Position numbers and translations under genes: made by a program | Assembly (NCBI GenBank): GCA_964385495.1 | Contig: CAYLPH010000021.1 | Coordinates: forward strand, 38,738 to 102,737 | Source of the DNA: an uncultured Candidatus Solibacter sp. | GTDB taxonomy: Bacteria; Acidobacteriota; Terriglobia; Bryobacterales; Bryobacteraceae | Length of the DNA stretch: 64,000 nucleotides | Reading direction: 5' to 3' | The notes under the pieces: model-generated | Told to the model about the DNA's origin: nothing | What the model saw: the letters and a program-made list of their open reading frames with translations, nothing else | The model's database searches: none | Shown here: positions 42,772 to 52,708 of the stretch, piece by piece | Position numbering within the stretch: the stretch's first letter is position 1 | Layout: the number at the start of each line of letters is the position of its first letter

Positions 42772-43748
42772 AGCTGCTGGAACTGGATCCGGCGCTGTTG
42801 AAGGCTTCGTTACCGCCCGAGGCTGCCAGCACGATCCGGCGCCGCTGGTGGCTGGGCTTGCTGCTGTTGTGGTTGCTCACCAGCGTCTACATTGTGCGGG
42901 CCGATCAGCAGGCAGTAGTGACGCGCTTTGGACGCGTCGTGGAATCGCGCGTGACCCCCGGTATTCACCTTAGCCTGCCGTGGCCGGTGGATCGCGTGAC
43001 GCGCCTGAAGGTGCGGCAACTGCAACGCCAGGTGATCGGAGGTACGCTCACCGACAACGTGGTGGGCCGCACCCAACCGTTATTGGCGCAATTCCTTACC
43101 GGTGACCAGAACATCATTTACCTGCGCGTCATCGCACAGTATTCCGTGAGTGTTCCGGCCGACTACCTGTTCCAGACCGGGGATGTCGCCAAGGTGGTGA
43201 TGGCTGCCAGCGAAGCCGAACTGGCGCGGCGCATCGCTTCCCGCGCCGTTGACGCCGTGCTTACCACGGAGAAGGCCGCTATTCAGGAAGAGGTGCGCGC
43301 GGCCGCCCAGAAGGTATTGAACGACTATCGTTGCGGCGTCATCCTGGCGAGCGTGAACATCGAGTCCGCCGCGCCACCCCCCGAAGCCGCCGAGGCCTTT
43401 CGCGACGTGGCCAGCGCGCGCGCGGATTCCGCCCGCATCGTGAATGAAGCGCAGGGCTATGCCAATGACCTCCTCCCCAAGGCCCGCGGCCAGGCGCAGC
43501 AATTGCTGGAATCCGCGGCCGCCTACAAACAACGTAAGATCAACGAAGCCATCGGCGACGCATCCCGCTTCTCGCAGGTCGCGGCGGAGTATGCCAAGGC
43601 GAGTGAAGTGAACGGTCGCCGCCTCTACATGGAGACCATGGAGCAGGTGCTGCCGCGAATCAGGAAACTGATCGTGGATAAGAACGGCAACCTCGATCTC
43701 ACCATCGTCCGCCGTGCCACTGAGCCGGCCAGCGGGGAGAAGAAGTGA
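42768..43748 (+). CDS. hflK: HflK-like SPFH domain protein (second HflK-type module)
   Basis: 326-aa ORF with an ATGA overlap to hflC. ...AVVTRFGRVVESRVTPGIHLSLPWPVDRV...FLTGDQNIIYLRVIAQYSV...AFRDVASARADSARIVNEAQGYANDLLPKARGQAQ...GDASRFSQV...RLYMETMEQVLPRIRKLIVD. Confidence 0.8.
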   Translation: MKLLELDPALLKASLPPEAASTIRRRWWLGLLLLWLLTSVYIVRADQQAVVTRFGRVVESRVTPGIHLSLPWPVDRVTRLKVRQLQRQVIGGTLTDNVVGRTQPLLAQFLTGDQNIIYLRVIAQYSVSVPADYLFQTGDVAKVVMAASEAELARRIASRAVDAVLTTEKAAIQEEVRAAAQKVLNDYRCGVILASVNIESAAPPPEAAEAFRDVASARADSARIVNEAQGYANDLLPKARGQAQQLLESAAAYKQRKINEAIGDASRFSQVAAEYAKASEVNGRRLYMETMEQVLPRIRKLIVDKNGNLDLTIVRRATEPASGEKK

Positions 43749-44248
43749 CAAAGGAGCGGCGGGCACAGGTCCTGACGGTGCTCATTCTTGGCGGGGCACT
43801 TGCCTTCGCCGGCTATCGCAAGGGTGCGTTGCCTGCAATTGATTTGTCGGGGGTGGCGGCGCAGAACGCCCCACAAGCTGACCCTACACCGCAGGATGCC
43901 GTCTATGCGATGCTGGACGCCGGTAGGGAAGGCAAGGTGGCGGAGTATCTGGCCGCGCACACCGGGCAGATGGCGGAGTCCTTGCGGAAGTCGATTGCCG
44001 AGCAGGGCGATGCGGCGTTTTCGGCGTACCTCCGGGAGTCGAATTCGCCCATCAAAGGCATTGCTCTGCAGGAGCCGCAGCCGCTGACCGATCATGAGGT
44101 GAAAGTAAAAGTGGAGTATGTTTTCGCTGACCGCAATGAGGTGCAGTGGATGTACCTGGAGCGCGACGGCAAGCTGTGGCGAATCTCCCGCGTAGATGCG
44201 GCGGAACGGATCAAGACGCTGGTTCCCTATGGCACGCCTGTCCGTTGA
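43745..44248 (+). CDS. membrane-anchored hypothetical protein (possibly an NTF2-like fold)
   Basis: 167-aa ORF with a GTG start in a GTGA overlap with hflK. One TM (VLTVLILGGALAFAGY) is followed by a ~120-aa soluble domain. Confidence 0.55.
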   Translation: MTKERRAQVLTVLILGGALAFAGYRKGALPAIDLSGVAAQNAPQADPTPQDAVYAMLDAGREGKVAEYLAAHTGQMAESLRKSIAEQGDAAFSAYLRESNSPIKGIALQEPQPLTDHEVKVKVEYVFADRNEVQWMYLERDGKLWRISRVDAAERIKTLVPYGTPVR

Positions 44249-46739
44249 GGCACGCCGGAAACTGCTGGTGGCGCTGGCGGTGCTGGCCGGCATCTACCTG
44301 GCCACCTACTCGTACGATGTCCTGCGCCGCATTTACAGCCGCGGCATCGTTTCCGATCCGCTGGAGTTCACGATGCTTCCGCCGGAGGTCGGCCTGGTCC
44401 GGCCGGAGGCTCGCGGATTCGGGCTGAAGCATGGCGACCAACTCACGTCGATCAATGGCCAACCTATCACCGGATCGCTGACGTTGAGCCGCTTGCTGGC
44501 GAAGGCCAAGCCCGGCGATACGATGATCATCACGTGGCGCTCCCAAAGCGGCGGCGCCGAGCACAAGGCTTCGCTGACTCTCCGCAACCCGCCGCGCGGC
44601 GCCACGCCCATCCCCCTGCTGATCACGCAGGTGCTGCTTCCCAATTTCAGTATGCTGTTGGGCTTCACCGTAGCGTTCCTGCGCCCGCTGGACCGGCGTT
44701 CGTGGATCCTGCTTGGCCTCATGATCTCCTTCCCTGGCATGATCCAGTCGCCAGTGGATATCGGCCGTTGGCCCACCCCGCTCTACGAACTCGGCATGCT
44801 GTTTCGCGTGGGGGCGCCGATGACCTGGGGCATCTGGATGATGCTTCTGGGCCTGGAGTTTCCGGAACGGCTCCATGGCTTCCGCCGTCTGCGCGCAGCG
44901 GCATGGGCACTGGGAGCGCCCCTCCTGCTGCTTTCCCTGGCGCGGTTCTCGTTCGAGTTTGTGCGTGCCCACAACGTTCAATCCGCCCGTGCCCTCTGGG
45001 ACATAATGCGTCCCGCGGGCTTTATCTCGCTGATCCTATCCATGGCGGCGATTGGCCTCTTCTTCTCCGCAATGGGTATCCAGAATGCGGTGATCGAGAA
45101 GCCCGACGCCCGGCGGCGCGCCAAACTCCTATTGTGGGGTTCCTACGTGGCCCTTACGCCAACCTTCCTATTGCTGCTGTGGTCGCTCGCGCTGGGCCGG
45201 CCGCCGATGGGTGCCGCGCCGTTCCCAATCGTGATCTTCACGTTTCTCATGATGGCCCTGTTCCCGGTGGTGCTGGCCTACATCATCGTGGTCGAACAGG
45301 CGCTGGATATCCGCGTGGTATTGCGCCTGGGCATGCAGTACGCGCTCGCGAAGAATGCGCTGGTCGGCGCCAGTTGGCTAGTGGGCGGGTTAGTAGCCGT
45401 GTATGTCATTCGCGCCATAGAGTCGGAGCAGAGCCAATCGCTGGAAGTCGCCACGGCGTTGGTGGGCGCGGGCGCCGTCGCCTCGCTCATCCCTCTTCAG
45501 AAGCGCCTGACGCAAGCCATCGACCGCCGCTTCTTTCGCGACGCCTACAATGCCGAGCATGTGTTGACCGAACTGACCGAAGAGGTGCGTACCGTCGTGG
45601 AGCCGGGACCGCTAGTCGAGATGGTCGGCAATCGCATCTCGCAGGCCATGCACGTTCCCCGGTTGGCGATATTGCTCAAACAGCCCGCGGGCTATCAGCC
45701 GGCGTTCACCATCGGGTATCCCCCGGAGATGGTGGCGGAGCGGCTTCCGGAGATCCCCGATGTCGATCAGATCGATCCGCGCCATCCGCCCAAGCCCGAT
45801 GGGTGGAGCCGCCTCGATACCCATCTGCTGCTCCCCGTGCTCTCGAAGAACGGTGTACTCGGCATGATCAGCCTGGGTGGGAAGCGCTCCGAGGAGCCTT
45901 ACTCTTCGAGCGATATCCGTCTCCTTCGTTTGGTAGCGGCACAGACGGCGCTGTCTCTTGAGAACACAAAGCTCACCGCCGTGGTAGCGCATGAAATCGC
46001 ACAGCGGGAACAGTATGACCGCGAGATGGCCATCGCCCGGGATGTGCAGCGGCGCCTGTTCCCCAGCAAAGTGCCGCAGTTGCGCAACGTGGATTGCGCC
46101 GGCGGCTGCCGTCCGGCCCAGAGCGTGGGTGGCGACTACTACGATTTCTCGGAGCTCCCTGACAACGAGATGATGTTCGCGGTGGGCGATGTAAGCGGCA
46201 AGGGCATGCCCGCGGCTCTGCTGATGGCGGCGCTGCAGGCCAGCGTTCGCGGACAGACCATGAACAGCGTCACGGATCTGGCGCTGTTCACACGCAACGT
46301 CAACCTGCTGCTCTACGACATGTCGCCGAAGAGCCATTTCGCAACCCTGTTCTACGCGCTCTACGATCCGGTTCTGCGCACGCTGCGCTATGCCAATGCC
46401 GGGCACAATCCGCCGCTGTTGATTCGCGCCAACGGGCCGCTCGACTTCCTGAAGCCCACCGGACCCGGTGTCGGCATGACGCGGCTGGCGGTGTATAAGG
46501 CGGAAGAGGTAAGACTCAAGCCAGGCGATATGGTAGTGGCGTACACCGACGGCATCACCGAAGCCATGGATCGCACTAGGGACGACTTTGGCGAGTTGCG
46601 GCTGATCGAAGCCGTGCGGGCATCGCGGGATAAGAGCGCTGGCGAGATTATTCGCCACATCATGACCGCCGTTGACGAGTTCACGAAGGGCGCGCCCCAG
46701 CATGACGACATGACGCTGGTCATCCTGAAGGTGCAGTAG
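44229..46739 (+). CDS. membrane-bound PP2C (SpoIIE-type) protein phosphatase with an N-terminal PDZ domain and a polytopic sensor region
   Basis: From the ATG at 44229: a TM, then a PDZ-like segment (LKHGDQLTSINGQPITGSLTLSRLLAKAKPGDTMIITW), ~8 TM segments and a GAF-like linker. The SpoIIE block follows (ARDVQRRLFP...GGDYYDF...FAVGDVSGKGMPAALLMA...YANAGHNPP...YTDGITEA...DDMTLVILKV). Confidence 0.8.
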   Translation: MARLSVEARRKLLVALAVLAGIYLATYSYDVLRRIYSRGIVSDPLEFTMLPPEVGLVRPEARGFGLKHGDQLTSINGQPITGSLTLSRLLAKAKPGDTMIITWRSQSGGAEHKASLTLRNPPRGATPIPLLITQVLLPNFSMLLGFTVAFLRPLDRRSWILLGLMISFPGMIQSPVDIGRWPTPLYELGMLFRVGAPMTWGIWMMLLGLEFPERLHGFRRLRAAAWALGAPLLLLSLARFSFEFVRAHNVQSARALWDIMRPAGFISLILSMAAIGLFFSAMGIQNAVIEKPDARRRAKLLLWGSYVALTPTFLLLLWSLALGRPPMGAAPFPIVIFTFLMMALFPVVLAYIIVVEQALDIRVVLRLGMQYALAKNALVGASWLVGGLVAVYVIRAIESEQSQSLEVATALVGAGAVASLIPLQKRLTQAIDRRFFRDAYNAEHVLTELTEEVRTVVEPGPLVEMVGNRISQAMHVPRLAILLKQPAGYQPAFTIGYPPEMVAERLPEIPDVDQIDPRHPPKPDGWSRLDTHLLLPVLSKNGVLGMISLGGKRSEEPYSSSDIRLLRLVAAQTALSLENTKLTAVVAHEIAQREQYDREMAIARDVQRRLFPSKVPQLRNVDCAGGCRPAQSVGGDYYDFSELPDNEMMFAVGDVSGKGMPAALLMAALQASVRGQTMNSVTDLALFTRNVNLLLYDMSPKSHFATLFYALYDPVLRTLRYANAGHNPPLLIRANGPLDFLKPTGPGVGMTRLAVYKAEEVRLKPGDMVVAYTDGITEAMDRTRDDFGELRLIEAVRASRDKSAGEIIRHIMTAVDEFTKGAPQHDDMTLVILKVQ

Positions 46740-46740
46740 G

Positions 46741-47253
46741 ATGATTGCCCTGCTTTCCGTATTGCTCGGATGCCTGCTCTCTTCGCAGACCCCGGCGCCG
46801 CAATTGCCTGATATCAAATACGCCCGCCGCCCACCGGATCAGCCGCTGCCGTTCAGCCATAAGCAGCATGCCGGCACCAACGGCACCGCCTGCAGGCAGT
46901 GCCATCCCATGCCGGATCCGGGCGACTACATGCAACTGCCGGCCACCTCCGTTTGCATGAGTTGCCACACCGCCATAAAGACCGCCAGCCCGCACATCCA
47001 AGCGTTGTCGGCGGCGCATGCCGAACGGCGCAAGATCGAATGGAAGCCGGTGTACAAGATCCCGGATTACGTGTTCTTCAATCACAAGAAGCACAATGCA
47101 CTGGCGGGCGTGAGTTGCGCGAGTTGCCACGGGCCGGTGAAAGAGCGCGAAGTGCTGCGGCGCGAGAAAGAGATCAGCATGCAAGCCTGCATGGATTGCC
47201 ACCGCCAGATGCAAGCCCGGAACGACTGCCGGTTCTGCCACGACCCGCGCTAG
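46741..47253 (+). CDS. pentaheme c-type cytochrome lipoprotein
   Basis: 170-aa ORF with a lipobox-like VLLGC. Five CxxCH motifs are read directly: CRQCH, CMSCH, CASCH, CMDCH, CRFCH. It starts 1 nt after the phosphatase stop. Confidence 0.8.
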   Translation: MIALLSVLLGCLLSSQTPAPQLPDIKYARRPPDQPLPFSHKQHAGTNGTACRQCHPMPDPGDYMQLPATSVCMSCHTAIKTASPHIQALSAAHAERRKIEWKPVYKIPDYVFFNHKKHNALAGVSCASCHGPVKEREVLRREKEISMQACMDCHRQMQARNDCRFCHDPR

Positions 47254-48428
47254 CGCGCCTGCACCAACTTGCCCACCAGTTCCGTGATCTCCCGCTTCAA
47301 CCGCGCATGCCGCGCGCCGGTGGATGGCCCATCGAAGCCGGCATGGAGCAGCTTCACTTTGCCGTCGCGCCCAATGTAGATATTGGTGGGATACGCGCCA
47401 AAGTTTTCCAACTGCGGCAGGGTCTTCTCGATATCCTCCGTGGCGCCCGCGTAGAGAATCGGGTACGGCGGCTGGTATCTTGCCTGGAACAACTTCAACT
47501 GGCGGATGTCGCGCTCCGCCTCGCCCGTGTACTCAAAGGCCAGCGAGATAATCTCCAAACCCTTGTCGTGAAACTTGGCCCATAGCTCCTTCAGCAGCGG
47601 AATCTCTTCATGGCAGTTCGGGCACCAGCTTCCCATGATGTTGATCAACACAACCTTGCCCTGGAAACGCGGATCGGCGGCGGACAGACGGTTGCCGTTT
47701 AGATCGGGGAAGGAGAATTGAAACCGCTCCGACGGGTTCTTCATCCGCGTGTAGGCAGTCGCTTCCGGCGGCTTCTCGCTCGTCTCTTTCGCCCTCCGGC
47801 CGCGCACGGTGGCGCTGCCGTCCATCATCCCCGTTAGTGCGCCATCGGTTCCCACGCTGGCCGCCAGCAACGTGGAGCGGATCCCGTCAAAGCGGCTAAC
47901 CCGCAGCGAACGTCCCTCGACGAAGCCCGACAGCAATCCGGAGTCGCCGCTCACCGGCAGCAGCGTACCTTCCAGTCTGCTGCCTTTCTGCGCGAACTGC
48001 GCCTTCCAGATGCTGCGCTTTCCGGCGTCCGTCACTTCCAGTGTCCATTCCCCGGATACATCCACGGCCGGTGGAAGTTTGGGCGTCAGCAGCGGCTGCC
48101 GTTGCGCCAGGAACTCACGTTTGCGGATCTCCTTCCGCCAGGTACGCGTATAGACGCCAGTGAACTTCGTCCCATCGAAGTCCGCCTCCAGCACGCCATC
48201 CCAGTGATTGAAGACCAGCCGTAACTTCTGCCCATCGAAGGTGCCGGAACTCGACTGCTCGCGGTCCGGGCCGTTAACAAGGGCGCCGGACCACGCGTTG
48301 CCGCGCTGTTCGAGTTGTAATTGGAAGCCGGCGAGATCGCCGTTCGGAAGCTTGACCGCCGCATGCCAGACACCGGTAACACTCTGTGCATGGGCCGTCG
48401 CGCACAGGGCAAGGACCCGGAGTAGCAT
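47250..48428 (-). CDS. TlpA/redoxin-family thiol-disulfide oxidoreductase with an N-terminal extra domain (secreted)
   Basis: The C-terminal thioredoxin fold is ...GKVVLINIMGSWCPNCHEEIPLLKELWAKFHDKGLEIISLAF.... The start is set at the ATG at 48428 (MLLRVLALCATAHAQS). Confidence 0.8.
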   Translation of the reverse strand: MLLRVLALCATAHAQSVTGVWHAAVKLPNGDLAGFQLQLEQRGNAWSGALVNGPDREQSSSGTFDGQKLRLVFNHWDGVLEADFDGTKFTGVYTRTWRKEIRKREFLAQRQPLLTPKLPPAVDVSGEWTLEVTDAGKRSIWKAQFAQKGSRLEGTLLPVSGDSGLLSGFVEGRSLRVSRFDGIRSTLLAASVGTDGALTGMMDGSATVRGRRAKETSEKPPEATAYTRMKNPSERFQFSFPDLNGNRLSAADPRFQGKVVLINIMGSWCPNCHEEIPLLKELWAKFHDKGLEIISLAFEYTGEAERDIRQLKLFQARYQPPYPILYAGATEDIEKTLPQLENFGAYPTNIYIGRDGKVKLLHAGFDGPSTGARHARLKREITELVGKLVQAR

Positions 48429-48489
48429 ATCGCTATCATGCCATGAGACAGGGGCGAAGGCCGGTGCCATGGCATGACCGGGCAGGCCG

Positions 48490-49326
48490 CTAAGACGTCT
48501 TGCGAGCGTTCGCCTTCTTCAATACTTCCTGAATCTTCGCGGTCAGCTCTTTCTTCTCCTTGCTCTCCGGCGCTTCCTTGATCAACTCCAGTGCTTCCGT
48601 GGAGAGAGCCTTCAATAGATCCGGCCGGTCCAGTTTGCGGGCATCGTAAAGCTGCGCGCCGTCAAACAGCGTCTTTGCCATCGACATGGCGAACACCGGC
48701 AGCGACACCTTGGCTGGAGGGGTCTGGAACGCCGCGCGACCCTTGGCCGCATCGTCACCCGCGCCCACGGAGTCGGTCACGGCTAGCACCACACCTCGCT
48801 GTACGGCCGCCTTACGGGCCTTCTCAATCTCCACCGGGGGCAGCAGAATGCCTTTCGACGCCTGCACCAGCGCCGCTACCGGAGCTGCGCTGCCCGAGGG
48901 AAAGGGGAAATCCAGGACCACCTCGGCAGGTTTCGCCGCTTTGAACTTCCGCCAGGATTCCAGCAACTGCATCGTCAGGTTGCCGGCTACCGAGCGGGCG
49001 TCGTTCAAGCTCTTGCGAAACGGCGTGGGATTCGTCTTATTCTCGCGGCCGCCGTATTCGAACTTCTCCGCGAAATCCAGGTAACCGCGCAACATGCCGG
49101 ATAACATCACCAGCCGCCACGGGCGGGCGCGCTCGGTGAACTCATTCTGGGACTTCAATAATTGTTCCAGATGGTCATTGGTCTTCATGAAATCGCCGGC
49201 GGCGTACGACTCTTGTGCCGCCTGCCAGTAGAAGGCCGGGGTTCCCTTGGCCGGGGGCGCCGGCTGGTTAGAACAGGAGCAGAGCAGTGAGAACAGCAGG
49301 ACTCCAACAACAGGGATGGGGCGCAT
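48490..49326 (-). CDS. hypothetical lipoprotein
   Basis: From the ATG at 49326: MRPIPVVGVLLFSLLCSCSNQ (lipobox), then a helical ~250-aa domain. I recognised no family. Confidence 0.6.
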   Translation of the reverse strand: MRPIPVVGVLLFSLLCSCSNQPAPPAKGTPAFYWQAAQESYAAGDFMKTNDHLEQLLKSQNEFTERARPWRLVMLSGMLRGYLDFAEKFEYGGRENKTNPTPFRKSLNDARSVAGNLTMQLLESWRKFKAAKPAEVVLDFPFPSGSAAPVAALVQASKGILLPPVEIEKARKAAVQRGVVLAVTDSVGAGDDAAKGRAAFQTPPAKVSLPVFAMSMAKTLFDGAQLYDARKLDRPDLLKALSTEALELIKEAPESKEKKELTAKIQEVLKKANARKTS

Positions 49327-49426
49327 TGAGTCTCCTTTGCTTGATGTGAGGGTTATCACAGACCTGGGCCGGTGACAAGGGGTGGCTCTTCCCGCCCCCG
49401 GTGCGCTAGGGTGAGATTAACCACCG

Positions 49427-50169
49427 ATGTTCGTCCTTCGTACGCTCTCCGGTCTGCTTGTACTTGCTGCGTTGGCTGCCGGCGCCGGCCCGCTTGGTTA
49501 CGATTGCCGGCGTGCTTCGACCCCCGTGCGGATCGATGGCAAACTCGACGACCCGGCGTGGCAGACCGCCCCGTGGACCGCGGACTTCGTCGACATCGAG
49601 GGCGACGCGAAGCCCCGGCCCCGATTCCTTACCCGCGCCAAGATGCTCTGGGATGACCAGTACTTTTACATCGCCGCCGAACTGGAGGAGCCGCACGTCT
49701 GGGCTACGTTGACGAAACACGACGCCGTCATCTTTCACGACAACGACTTCGAAGTCTTCCTCAACCCATCCGGCGACACGCTCAACTACTTCGAATTCGA
49801 AATGAATGCGTTAAACACAGGCTGGGATCTCTTCCTGCCAAAACCCTACAAGAAGCAGGGCAAAGCCGACAATAGCTGGGAGATTCCCGGTCTGCGTACT
49901 GCTGTCCAGGTGCAAGGGACACTCAATGATCCGCGCGATCAGGATCGTGGCTGGACGCTGGAGATTGCCTTCCCCTGGACTGCCTTTGCGTCGAAGGCGC
50001 CGGTCAAAAGGCCCAAGCCCGGCGAATCCTGGCGGGTGAACTTCTCCCGCGTCGAGTGGCGCGTCGAAATCCGCGACGGCCGCTATGTCAAACTGCCGGG
50101 CTTAAAGGAAGACAACTGGGTGTGGTCGCCGCAAGGGCTCATCGACATGCACGTCCCAGAGATGTGGGG

Positions 50170-50191
<22 letters not shown>
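49427..50191 (+). CDS. carbohydrate-binding family 9-like (DOMON-like) secreted protein
   Basis: 254-aa ORF. ...VRIDGKLDDPAWQTAPWTADFVDIEG...MLWDDQYFYIAAELEEPHVWATLTKHDAVIFHDNDFEVFL...YFEFEMNALNT. Confidence 0.8.
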
Positions 50192-50877
<686 letters not shown>

Positions 50878-50889
50878 GGTAAGCAGGCA

Positions 50890-51819
50890 TTATCCCGCAA
50901 GCCGCCGTGCCGCGGCTATTCCCGAAAGATAGGCGCCCTCCACCCGCGGTCCGCCAAACGCGTCGCCGGCGAGGAGTAGCGGGGCGGTGTGCCTTGCCTC
51001 CGCGAACAGTTGCCCGGGCCGGCAGGTTGGACGCGCATACCGCCAGCGATGCAGTTGGCATTCGGTGATTGTGCCGTCGAACCAGGGGGCCGCCGCATCC
51101 AGCAACAACTGCGATACCCGTGCCTGTGGGGAATCGAAGTGCTCGCGGGAGAACGCCGGACTGCCGTGGATGGTAAGGGCGGCGGGCCCACTGGACACAC
51201 CCTTCTGCGTATTGTCGGCGATCCAGCCGGCCGGGCCGTCCTCCAGTTCCACAAACCCATTCGACGGTATGCGGCTAATCCCAGAGATCACGGCCAGCAG
51301 CGCAAAGCATGGTTCGTAGTTCGCTTCCGGCAGCGGGGGAAGCAGGGATTGATGCTCGCCCAACAGAGCTAGCGACTGCGGCAATGGCGCCGTCAGCAGA
51401 ATCCTCGGCGCTTCCCACTGTTCGCCCGACGCCGCCAAGGCGCGCCAGCCGATGGTGGTGGGCTCCACGCGGGAAACGGCCACCTCCGTCAGCACATCCA
51501 AACCCTTCGCCATCTCCTTCGCCAGGCGGTTCATGCCGCTGATGGCCCGGTAACAAACGTCGCCGTTCCTCTCGAACCACGGCGCGGCCAGATTCTCCCG
51601 CTGCCATTGCGTAACGAGCGCGCGGAACTCCGGATCCCGAGCCGTGAAGAACTGCGCGCCATGATCGAGTGTGCTTTCGCCGATACGCCGCGTCGCCATG
51701 CGCCCGCCCACGCTTCTGCCCTTATCCAGGACGACGCAATCCAGGCCCTGCGATTTGAGAAAACGCGCGGCGGCCAAGCCGGAAATACCAGCGCCGATAA
51801 TGAGACAAAATGGCTCCAT
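50890..51819 (-). CDS. NAD(P)/FAD-dependent oxidoreductase (renalase/amine-oxidase-like)
   Basis: From the ATG at 51819: MEPFCLIIGAGISGLAAARFLKSQGLDCVVLDKGRSVGGRMATRR.... The upstream extension in the track would overlap the tRNA. Its stop lies 12 nt before the deiodinase-like gene start. Confidence 0.8.
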   Translation of the reverse strand: MEPFCLIIGAGISGLAAARFLKSQGLDCVVLDKGRSVGGRMATRRIGESTLDHGAQFFTARDPEFRALVTQWQRENLAAPWFERNGDVCYRAISGMNRLAKEMAKGLDVLTEVAVSRVEPTTIGWRALAASGEQWEAPRILLTAPLPQSLALLGEHQSLLPPLPEANYEPCFALLAVISGISRIPSNGFVELEDGPAGWIADNTQKGVSSGPAALTIHGSPAFSREHFDSPQARVSQLLLDAAAPWFDGTITECQLHRWRYARPTCRPGQLFAEARHTAPLLLAGDAFGGPRVEGAYLSGIAAARRLAG

Positions 51820-51882
51820 CGCCAATGGATGCCGCCCGCTATCAGGCTGAGTCTCGAAATTGTAAGGGAGTATCGGTAAGTT

Positions 51883-51958
51883 TGGTGGACGGCATGGGAT
51901 TCGAACCCACGACCCCCGCATTGCGAACGCGGTGCTCTCCCAACTGAGCTAGCCGCCC
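51883..51958 (-). tRNA. tRNA-Ala (anticodon CGC), CCA encoded
   Basis: The reverse complement is GGGCGGC-TA-GCTC-AGTTGGGA-GAGC-A-CCGCG-TTCGCAA-TGCGG-GGGTC-GTGGG-TTCGAAT-CCCAT-GCCGTCC-A-CCA. It folds into a full cloverleaf with a 7-bp acceptor stem carrying the G3:U70 alanine identity pair. The anticodon loop is TT-CGC-AA, with a GTTCGAATC T-loop and discriminator A73. Confidence 0.93.
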
Positions 51959-51980
51959 ACAAGCTTCATCCGACTTAACC

Positions 51981-52008
51981 AGTATACAACGCCCGGCGCG
52001 GGATACAA
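51981..52008 (-). promoter_or_regulatory. candidate promoter TTGTAT-N16-TATACT upstream of tRNA-Ala
   Basis: On the minus strand, TTGTAT lies at 52008-52003 and TATACT at 51986-51981. The -10 ends 22 nt before the mature tRNA 5' end. Confidence 0.4.
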
Positions 52009-52020
52009 TGAAGGTTTTCG

Positions 52021-52698
52021 ATGACCTTAGCTGAACAACTGGAAAAGATGCGCCGGGATTGGGACGAGCGTGCCCGCGAGAACGCCCGCTACTTCGTGAA
52101 CACCGAACGTACGGACTGGACGGACGATGAATTCTTCGCCTCCGGCAGGCGTACCGTCTCCGAAGAAATCCTCACCGACATGATCAACATCTGCCAGGAG
52201 AAAGACCCGAAGCAGATGAAGGTGCTGGAGATCGGCTGCGGCGCCGGACGCGTCACCCGAGCGCTCAGTGACGTGTTTGGCGAGGTCTGGGCCGTTGACG
52301 TTAGCGGGGAGATGATTCGCCAGGCCACCGCGGCGCTGAAGGACCGCCGGCACGTTCATCTGCTGCAGACCAACGGCACGGACCTTAGCGCCATTACCGC
52401 CGACGGCAGCTTCGACTTTGCCTTCTCCACTATCGTGTTCCAACACATTCCCAGTAAGGAAGTAATCGAGAACTACGTGCGGGAAGTGGCCCGCCTGCTG
52501 CGGCCCGGCGCGCTGTTCAAGTTCCAGGTGCAGGGCGACACCAGCATCGAAACGCAGCCCGACGATACGTGGCTGGGGGCGCCCTATTCCGACGAGGAAG
52601 CCTGTGCGATGGCCGAACGCTGCGGCTTCGAACCTCGCTACCGGCACGGCGCCGGCGGACAATACTTCTGGCTCTGGTTTTTCCGCAAAGCGCAATAG
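52021..52698 (+). CDS. class I SAM-dependent methyltransferase
   Basis: 225-aa ORF with SAM-binding motif I VLEIGCGAGRVTRAL and a later ...FDFAFSTIVFQHIP.... Confidence 0.8.
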   Translation: MTLAEQLEKMRRDWDERARENARYFVNTERTDWTDDEFFASGRRTVSEEILTDMINICQEKDPKQMKVLEIGCGAGRVTRALSDVFGEVWAVDVSGEMIRQATAALKDRRHVHLLQTNGTDLSAITADGSFDFAFSTIVFQHIPSKEVIENYVREVARLLRPGALFKFQVQGDTSIETQPDDTWLGAPYSDEEACAMAERCGFEPRYRHGAGGQYFWLWFFRKAQ

Positions 52699-52708
52699 GA
52701 GGCGCGCC

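Noticed and set aside
51820-51921. Upstream extension of the FAD oxidoreductase ORF (track start 51921)
   Set aside because: It would overlap the tRNA-Ala gene (51883-51958) on the same strand. The Rossmann motif begins right after the internal ATG at 51819.
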